A DNA stretch of 63,918 bases, filler included, from Limisphaerales bacterium (GTDB lineage Bacteria > Verrucomicrobiota > Verrucomicrobiia > Limisphaerales > SIBE01), in assembly GCA_044225505.1 (NCBI GenBank). It is 3 parts of 3 records of this genome, joined end to end, with 100 filler letters (N's around TTAATTAATTAA, not from the genome) between each part and the next. Parts side by side here need not be neighbours in the genome. Positions count along the whole stretch, not along the records: positions 1 to 24,186 come from JBGAIN010000126.1; positions 24,287 to 48,636 come from JBGAIN010000127.1; 1 more part is not named here. One strand, written 5' to 3'. Shown here one piece after another: positions 20,701 through 26,183 of the stretch. Position 1 is the stretch's first letter. The number at the start of each line of letters is the position of its first letter. The notes beneath the pieces were generated by a model. That model saw only the letters and a program-made list of their open reading frames with translations, did no database searches and was not told where the DNA came from. The translations under genes and the position numbers were made by a program.

Positions 20701-20822
20701 TTGGCGCCAACGTGAATCGTAGCTTTCTCTTCGGAGCCTTGGACGAAGTCTATGTGAACAATACCGCACTGACCGCCGCCGCCATCCAGGCGTTGTTCCA
20801 GGGCGTTACCCCAACGGAGTAA
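17703..20822 (+). CDS. Secreted multidomain protein: FG-GAP/VCBS-like repeats, Fn3-associated domain, Ca-binding DxDxDG repeats, DUF11-like Ig, C-terminal LamG
   Basis: GTG start overlapping the upstream TGA (GTGA); LDADGDG, ITFDPPGG, DPDRDGASNRDEYLAGTDP, FTIAAWV..WHHVAGTFDG..LYIDG..GALDEV. Confidence 0.82.
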   Translation: MKTIVLICGLIWAASPTVGWAAGVTEESESELSATLDADGDGMLDVLLLDRATGIRRVGIQQSDGAFAWLTPEATGLNRLSALSSGHFSTASPAEGFALAAADWNRVLVFEKATGPGVPVPVPGLGPSLTVALDLNGAAALDDLAVGTSWNNPPEFMRLAAVVWDGTAGKLRDQLAGPGSLSQGNRLRFKTGRPFAMGAIRQNDTASDFATWYSGDGALLSGPVVPDLPIHASWAWGEFGPSHQNVLLIYEPGRQTISTYRPDEDGAGAFRLTPLNTFSLEKPIDHITVVPDASGALLVLILDGGSSVETYDFAGDTAPVLRQRLPSSELRFSLVAGLGNGNFLLLQGPFEKGSPSSAWQRWDSAGKEHQQRMSGQLPSLSLAQARGNVLIFSSDPAATASPSIVRVLHAGEWSTRADLGPNTLSVVSEGFRSSTSGLGHPTTYSLTPRPGERYAAVNQTAATESIAILQAPTDQPATDITFDPPGGAYALKDSPLEVHIRTPSEAPIFFRTNSASTWLAYNSSRPVRLRQTTTLAAYVQESSPSPIYTATFFIAPAAAIAVPQAADLNGDGVSDAWADAFGANDPASDPDRDGASNRDEYLAGTDPLDPKSSPSAEPLEAHLRVRAPAIDAPPGTVCEILWPANLVGDVLEAAPDLGPIAVWREVPGPILVEGDERVYAHLSEAAATRQFFRLRLREGATSGSSRQFDIQFDNVPGEIYQNRPTQMSVQVANHGRPAPTNTRLHWDLPGGTDLLDVHSTVGSVHTNSGGVTLDLENLPLNANAVLTITLRPTQTNRWDQPFTLTSSANGLPFTETAYLTNVDVRPPPPLPATGSLWSGDLDTRDVIRGFQGNFVGSENYVVGKIGMAFQLNGQRIAIPDTAPFRAANGSFTIAAWVRFAGTSAGANQQAIFAMPSPNPDYPAYTLDYNSQLLAVRLYANGSTVSEGVPWQPPAQTWHHVAGTFDGETIALYIDGEEMLRKMVRVPSGGVTFSTDQSASIGANVNRSFLFGALDEVYVNNTALTAAAIQALFQGVTPTE

Positions 20823-20873
20823 TCCCAACGGCTCACAATTCAACCATTTGCCGACCGGATCATTCATGTAAAA

Positions 20874-21175
20874 GGCGTCAGTCCCGCAGATACGCATGTG
20901 CGATGTTCCGCCAAAGTGCCTCACGATTGCTTGAGCCACTTCCGGACACAGTCGTCAGCGTAGGCAACTGCGCCCATCATCAAGGAAGCGGCGATTCATG
21001 ACCAGGGCCTGTAATCACAAACCATTCTCAAGTATCTGTTGCCGCTCCCGTCCATCAGCAACGCTATATATCGTCCGCTGAGGATACTGCACCCCAGGTT
21101 CCACGCCATTCCAAGAACCTCCCGCTGTCTCGCCTCAAGCGTCAACATCTATATTGCATTCTTCGGGGTGACCCC
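20874..21175 (-). mobile_element. Non-autonomous TIR element copy A (degenerate, Y1/RAYT-like transposase remnant)
   Basis: Ends GGCGTCAGTCCCGCA and TTCGGGGTGACCCC; colinear similarity to copy B (cagatacgcatgt, gcgcccatcatcaagga, ccaagaacct, cctcaagcgtcaa). Confidence 0.75.
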
Positions 21176-21224
21176 TGCGCCGTTTTCGGCGCGCTCCGCA
21201 GCAATACACGCTTGAGGGTTAGGG
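21176..21224 (-). repeat. Truncated attC site, cut at element A
   Basis: R''-like CCCTAAC overlaps the cassette gene stop; AACGCCCTAAC is complementary (1 mismatch) to the cassette start GTTAGGCCGTT; second arm absent. Confidence 0.55.
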
Positions 21225-21626
21225 CGTTTCATCCGATAATCCAAAACGTCGTAGTCTGAAAGATGGAAGCAGCGCCGAATCAGGGTCATCACGATCGTCT
21301 TCTGACACCCACACATTGTTGCCAGCAAGCAACCCGTGGATAATATCGCCTGAAATGACTTTGTAGACAGACATCAGATGAGCCTCTGCCTTTATCCGCG
21401 GCGTGAGCGGGAGTAGAAGATCTGAGCCTGCACCTGACTCGATACGAATGCTATCGAACCAACAGGGAAGCGCAATCCATCGCACATCTGTGAACAGAAT
21501 ATCGATGCGTCTTGAATGTGCGGCAGTCTTGCGACTCCGGAGCAGGAGCACGCCGTGACTGTTCCAGTAGAGCTGAACCGAGAATGGTCGCGGATACTCG
21601 ATTGGAAGTTTCGCGGGTGTAAACAT
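21219..21626 (-). CDS. Integron-cassette hypothetical protein (135 aa)
   Basis: ORF bounded by attC sites; SHGVLLLRS...RIDILF motif; lower GC than flanks. Confidence 0.75.
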   Translation of the reverse strand: MFTPAKLPIEYPRPFSVQLYWNSHGVLLLRSRKTAAHSRRIDILFTDVRWIALPCWFDSIRIESGAGSDLLLPLTPRIKAEAHLMSVYKVISGDIIHGLLAGNNVWVSEDDRDDPDSALLPSFRLRRFGLSDETP

Positions 21627-21636
21627 TGAAAGAACG

Positions 21637-21762
21637 GCCTAACACCAAGTTGAACGACTGCCGCGGAAAGAGCAAGCTGCGGACTTGCTGAGGAGCTTAA
21701 GCGGCCCGATCCGCTCCTTACAACAAGCGCAGCGGCAGCTCGTTTCCAACGACGGGTTAAGC
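21637..21762 (-). repeat. Integron attC recombination site (126 bp)
   Basis: Minus strand R'' GCTTAAC (contains the stop codon) ... R' GTTAGGC; imperfect palindrome GTTGGAAACGAGCTGCCGC / GCGGCAGTCGTTCAAC. Confidence 0.85.
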
Positions 21763-22074
21763 CGTCTTGTGGATTTCCGGCCAGGGTGATTCAAATACAT
21801 ACTCAATCCGATCCGTATGAAGGCAAAAACGCCATCGTCCGTCCGGGAGTTCTTCGCAGTCGAAGCCGATAATGTCCCAAGGCAGCCCGCCGTCATCGTC
21901 GGCGTGCGAAGCATCCGCAGAAATGATCCGCGGTCTCTCGAAGCGAGCATGAGTGGCAGCAGCTGCGCGCTCCCCAGGATGCAATGTCAGCACAAGTGCA
22001 TCGGACAATAACTCAAATGCACTTACCCAATGGGCACTGCTGTCGCGAAAAAGAGCCTGTTCGATTCTCGACAT
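21757..22074 (-). CDS. Integron-cassette hypothetical protein (105 aa)
   Basis: Start reassigned to MSRIEQ; cassette begins GTTAAGCCGTC and ends GACGGCTTAAC (perfect complements). Confidence 0.75.
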   Translation of the reverse strand: MSRIEQALFRDSSAHWVSAFELLSDALVLTLHPGERAAAATHARFERPRIISADASHADDDGGLPWDIIGFDCEELPDGRWRFCLHTDRIEYVFESPWPEIHKTA

Positions 22075-22086
22075 GCGCACGCGACG

Positions 22087-22195
22087 GCTTAACCTGAAGC
22101 AGTGTATGCGCCGTGCCCAAAAACTCAAGGCTTCGGATTATCAGAAAGCGTTGAGGGCATGGCGCATACACTGCGGTTGAACTGAGCCGCTGAGC
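22087..22195 (-). repeat. Integron attC site (partly degenerate)
   Basis: GTTCAAC ... long stem GCAGTGTATGCGCCATGCCC / GGGCACGGCGCATACACTGC ... GTTAAGC. Confidence 0.75.
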
Positions 22196-22260
22196 GTGCT
22201 GAGTGTAGGGGTCAGTCCCGCAGATACGCATGTCCGGTGTTCGGCAAAAGCTTCTCACGC

Positions 22261-22371
22261 TTATTTGAGCCTCTCTCGGACACATCCGGCGGCGTAGCCA
22301 GCCGCGCCCATCATCAAGGATGCGGCGTGGTAAATCGCTCCCGGATATTGCAGCCTCAGCTTTCTCGCCAT
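22261..22371 (-). pseudogene. Y1 (IS200/RAYT-like) tyrosine transposase N-terminal remnant
   Basis: Translates MARKLRLQYPGAIYH..., the typical N-terminus of this family, then diverges and stops. Confidence 0.8.
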
Positions 22372-22520
22372 GCCAAGAACCTGCCCCTGCCTTACCTCAA
22401 GCGTCAAGACCTATATTTTATTATGCGGGACTGATAAACATTAAGGGCAGTTGAGACAAAAGGTCTCCTCACAGTTAAAACGTTGTTGTCCGTAACGAGT
22501 GAACAACAACCAACAGAACT

Positions 22521-23582
22521 ATGAGAAGACCGAAGGAAAAGCTAATCGCAGGAATGGATTTACACAGCAACAATGTGGTGATCGGCGTGATCGACCAGGA
22601 CGGCAAACGCGTCGCGCAGCGGAAGGTGGAGTGCGACTTGAAGCAAGTGACTCAGTTTCTTAAGCCGCTGAAGTCGCGGCTCCAATCGATGGCTGTCGAA
22701 TCGACGTTCAACTGGTATTGGCTGGTCGACGGTCTGCGTGCGGCCGATTATCCGGTGGACCTGGCCAACCCCGCCAAGATTGAGCAGTATAGCGGGATGA
22801 AACACGCCGACGATCAACACGATGCGTTCTTCCTGGCGGAGTTACAGCGGCTGAACATTCTGCCCAAGGCGCACGTCTACGATCCAGCGCTGCGGCCGGT
22901 GCGCGATTTGTTGCGCCGTCGCATGAATCTAGTGCATCAGCGCACGTCCTTGCTGTTGAGCTTCAAAAGCCTCTATACGCGCACAACGGGGCAAAAGCTG
23001 GATCTGCGCGAAGTCAAGAAACTGGAGCCCAAAGAGGCGCCCAAGCTCTACGAGCATCCAGCCAATCAACTGATTGCGCAAGTGCAAGCCGAGCACATTC
23101 AAGGCCTGGAGAAGAGCATCGGACGGATCGAGAAAGGCGTGCTGGCCAGCGCGCGCGAAATCCCGTTTTACGAGAAGCTGGTGACCATTCCGGGCATTGG
23201 CCGAATCCTAGGAATGACGATCACGATGGAAGTCGGAGATATCGAGCGCTTCCCGACCGACGGAGATTTTGCCAGCTACTGCCGGATGGTCGATGCCCGG
23301 CGGTTGAGCAACGGCAAATGCAAGGGAGACAATAACCAGAAGTGCGGCAACAAATACCTGGCCTGGGCCTTCGTGGAAGCGGCGAATTACGCGCGGCGTT
23401 TCGACGAACATTGCCGTCGTTGGTACGACCGCAAAGCGGCCAAGACCAGCCACGTGATTGCGACCAAAGCGCTGGGTTGCAAGCTGGCCAAAGCGGCCTG
23501 GCACGTGATGGCAGGGAACTGCGACTATGACCAGAGCCGGATGTTTCCGGAACTGGCCAACAAAACGATGAAGACCAAGTGA
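22521..23582 (+). CDS. IS110-family DEDD transposase/recombinase
   Basis: GMDLHS, VESTFNWYW, KHADDQHDA (DEDD RuvC-like); TIPGIG, RRLSNGK (catalytic Ser candidate), GNKYLAWAFVEAA. Confidence 0.96.
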   Translation: MRRPKEKLIAGMDLHSNNVVIGVIDQDGKRVAQRKVECDLKQVTQFLKPLKSRLQSMAVESTFNWYWLVDGLRAADYPVDLANPAKIEQYSGMKHADDQHDAFFLAELQRLNILPKAHVYDPALRPVRDLLRRRMNLVHQRTSLLLSFKSLYTRTTGQKLDLREVKKLEPKEAPKLYEHPANQLIAQVQAEHIQGLEKSIGRIEKGVLASAREIPFYEKLVTIPGIGRILGMTITMEVGDIERFPTDGDFASYCRMVDARRLSNGKCKGDNNQKCGNKYLAWAFVEAANYARRFDEHCRRWYDRKAAKTSHVIATKALGCKLAKAAWHVMAGNCDYDQSRMFPELANKTMKTK

Positions 23583-23587
23583 ATTTT

Positions 23588-24050
23588 GAGAGCAGCCGTT
23601 AGCCAGCAAAGGGGTTGGACCAAGAGCTCTTGGGACTGATTGGAAGCGGCTGCTCTCTGGCTGATTTAGATTCGTGCAGCTTAAAGACGCTTTGCAAGCG
23701 ATTCGACCGTGTCGCGAGTCACAAACGGGTTGGACCTCGGCAGCCGCAACGCTGCTTGGGAACCATAGCTCTATGGCACTGAATGAACGCGGCCCGGTAC
23801 TGAAAGTTCTCTGGTCCCACCGCTGGTGGGATGGGCGCAACGTGGGTGAACGCGCGCGCTTGCCAAAACGAGCGCGCGTGGTAAAGGAACGGTTGACCAA
23901 CAAAACCGAGCCGGAGGGAGATGGGCAGGAGACGTCCCGTCCGCTCCTTTCGGTTCGAAAGTTTGTGCAACCTCCTGGTCATCACCCCGACCCGCGCTAG
24001 ATCCAGATGGCTGACTGAACGGATCGCCTTCTCGAGCTCCGGCTCGAGAA
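23588..24050 (+). ncRNA. Predicted bridge/seek RNA with two target-binding-like loops and one donor-binding-like loop (ends approximate)
   Basis: Stem-enclosed loops carrying GGGGT + GGGACTGA (target), CGGGT + GGCACTGA (variant target), GTTTGT + ATGGCTGA (donor junction). Confidence 0.75.
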
Positions 24051-24186
24051 CATCCGATTCATGCAACGAGAACGCAGGTTCGTGTCTGCTGGCAGAGTTC
24101 GGGTCGGAAAAGCTGCGGCAAAACCGTTTTGAAAAAATCGGATAGATAACGTTTTTTCTTGTTGACCAGGGCCCTAATGGCTGACC

Positions 24187-24286
24187 NNNNNNNNNNNNNN
24201 NNNNNNNNNNNNNNNNNNNNNNNNNNNNNNTTAATTAATTAANNNNNNNNNNNNNNNNNNNNNNNNNNNNNNNNNNNNNNNNNNNN
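24187..24286. other. Artificial contig-join spacer
   Basis: N runs around TTAATTAATTAA (stop codons in all six frames). Confidence 0.98.
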
Positions 24287-24480
24287 GGGGCGCCCCCCCC
24301 CAACGCCCGATCCCAAGCGTGCGGGTTGGCGCCGTCGTTCCGTCGGTGTCCTCCTCTGGACAGATCTCGGGCTGGATGCGCGCGATCTCGCTCCAATTGC
24401 GGAGATCTGTCGATAACTCCAGCCGGATAGGTCCGATCAATCACTTCTGCCAGGTATCGCTGAAAGCCGTCAGAGCGTGA

Positions 24481-26073
24481 TCAGTGGCCGGCACCAAGGC
24501 CGGGTCGAATAATCTGGACCTTACGCACGTAAAACTCCGGGGCCGTGATCGACAGGCGGAAGTCCGCCCCTCCGTTCTGGGAATTGTTGAGCAAGGCGTC
24601 CTTCAAGTCGAATGTGGCCACGCGCCACGATCTGGCTCCGGAAAGCTCGATGACGGTCGGACTCGCGGTGTAGGCGCCCGCAAAGGGAGCATTCGGGTCG
24701 GTGCCGTCGAACTCCAGTCCCAGGCGGCCTGAGGAGGCGTCGTAGAATTCCACTTGGACGGTGACGTTCAGCTTTGGCGACCACTTGAACGAATCGTCGA
24801 CTCTAAAGTAGAGGTATTTGGCGGGATAAGAAGTGGTGCGCGCCGCTCGGCAAGTGCTTCCCGCCACAATCACGGGCTGAGTGGCGCCGTCGGCCAGGTC
24901 CATTTGCTTGAGTCCCTGCTCGATGTTCGTTGCCGCCAGGCTGATGGAAAGAGAACGAGCGTCTGTATACGGTCCGCGCGGGCGAACCGGAACGAGCCCT
25001 TGTTTGAACATATCCACGTACTTGCGATTAAGTTCCAGGTAAGTGCGCCCATACTCTTTGGACGCCGCGATATCCGTGCCTTCGTGATACTCGTTCCAGG
25101 TTTCAATCGTCACCAGGTTTGACGGCCGGCGCAGGAAGCTCGCCCAGTTCCGAGCGAAGAATTGCCCTTTTTCTCGGTCGATCGTGACTGGAGTGCGCCC
25201 GGGAACGGCGGAGTGATCATAGCCCGGGCCTAACGAAGCAACGCCAGGGTTTTTTAGACCTAAGGCTCCGCCCCAGGCGTAGACTCCGTCTGTCTGTACG
25301 TCCCACGAGATCTCACGAACGAGGTAAGGCACGCGTCCGCCAAACTCTGCGGCAAAATTGGCCTTTAGGTAATCGATACAGCTCTGGTCGTGATGTAAAG
25401 CGAAGCTCGCGCTGTAGAGGAGAATCAAAGGTTTTCCATCGATCATCGCCCAATGCGACGGCGCGATCAGCGAGTAGAAATCGCGGACACTTTCATAAAA
25501 CCAGCGGCGTCCGAAGTTCGTGGTCAGGTCGATCCTTCGATTCCAAGCGTTGAACTGTAGAGTTGACGTGTCGTAGAAAAGTCCGATCAGCGGCGGTCGC
25601 TTGCCTTCCGCGATCAGTTCCTCGCGCGCTTGAACCAGAGGCAATAACCCGGCGTAGCTCCAGGGCTGATCTTCGAGCCGTTTTCCTGGAACGCGCGCGG
25701 GCGGGGGGCCCCAGTAGACGGGCAGCAAGATATCGATCCCTGCGGCCATCATGTCTGTCAGTTGGGTCTTGTGCCACGCTTTGGAACGGTAAGAAAACCC
25801 GGGCAGCGATGGTGGATGATCCGTTAACGCGTCGCTCCCATCGCCATTGAAAATGTGATCACCGGAAAAGACGTCGTACCAATAGAAGTAACTGGTCGTG
25901 ACGACCCGATTCGTGGAGCTGTAACTGGTGCTGCTCGTGAATGATGCCGGTGTCAACTGGGTGTGAGGGCCGAGCGCAGGCAGGATCTCGCTCACGAGCG
26001 GATCGTCCGCGGCCGAATTCTGAAAGATGCACCCCAAGGCTATCCCAAATCCCAAGGTCAGCGCCATGTTCAC
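24481..26073 (-). CDS. Secreted DUF5010/GH99-like glycoside hydrolase-fold protein with C-terminal beta domain
   Basis: Signal peptide; YFYWY, GLFYDT, WAMIDGKP, IETWNEYHEGTDI. Confidence 0.72.
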   Translation of the reverse strand: MNMALTLGFGIALGCIFQNSAADDPLVSEILPALGPHTQLTPASFTSSTSYSSTNRVVTTSYFYWYDVFSGDHIFNGDGSDALTDHPPSLPGFSYRSKAWHKTQLTDMMAAGIDILLPVYWGPPPARVPGKRLEDQPWSYAGLLPLVQAREELIAEGKRPPLIGLFYDTSTLQFNAWNRRIDLTTNFGRRWFYESVRDFYSLIAPSHWAMIDGKPLILLYSASFALHHDQSCIDYLKANFAAEFGGRVPYLVREISWDVQTDGVYAWGGALGLKNPGVASLGPGYDHSAVPGRTPVTIDREKGQFFARNWASFLRRPSNLVTIETWNEYHEGTDIAASKEYGRTYLELNRKYVDMFKQGLVPVRPRGPYTDARSLSISLAATNIEQGLKQMDLADGATQPVIVAGSTCRAARTTSYPAKYLYFRVDDSFKWSPKLNVTVQVEFYDASSGRLGLEFDGTDPNAPFAGAYTASPTVIELSGARSWRVATFDLKDALLNNSQNGGADFRLSITAPEFYVRKVQIIRPGLGAGH

Positions 26074-26183
26074 AGGCGCAAGACTATCGACCGTGACCGC
26101 TTGAGAAAAGCGGTATCAAGAGTGAGTCTTCGACTGCCATCTGGCGATTGGTACGGTTTGCGCTATCCTTTTGCCGTCTAAAC

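Larger units (their letters stand above)
22435..24184 (+). mobile_element. IS110-family, IS1111-type insertion sequence
   Basis: CTGA at both boundaries; sub-terminal imperfect IRs CATTAAGGGC (22439-22448) and GCCCTAATG (24171-24179); short left end, long non-coding right end. Confidence 0.88.
22208..24186 (-). mobile_element. Non-autonomous TIR element copy B (~230 bp without the IS); one TIR split by the IS110 element
   Basis: TIR GGGGTCAGTCCCGCA (22208-22222); partner TGCGGGACTGA (22424-22434) + CC (24185-24186, then gap). Confidence 0.82.

Noticed and set aside
20823..20873. TCCCAACGGCTCAC.. resembling another attC end
   Set aside because: Does not fit RYYYAAC/GTTRRRY cleanly and does not pair with the truncated attC on the other side of element A
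23805..23890. Possible third target-binding loop (CAAC-GTGGGTGAA plus hairpin)
   Set aside because: Only vague similarity to modules 1 and 2 and no ACTGA second guide
23208..24145. ORFs of 231, 108, 115 and 74 aa overlapping the IS right end
   Set aside because: No recognisable motifs; they overlap the transposase antisense strand or the structured RNA, which explains the region better
24187..24286. TTAATTAATTAA palindrome within N runs (also 48637-48736)
   Set aside because: Artificial linker; no biological adjacency can be inferred across it, and ORFs containing X are truncated or artefactual
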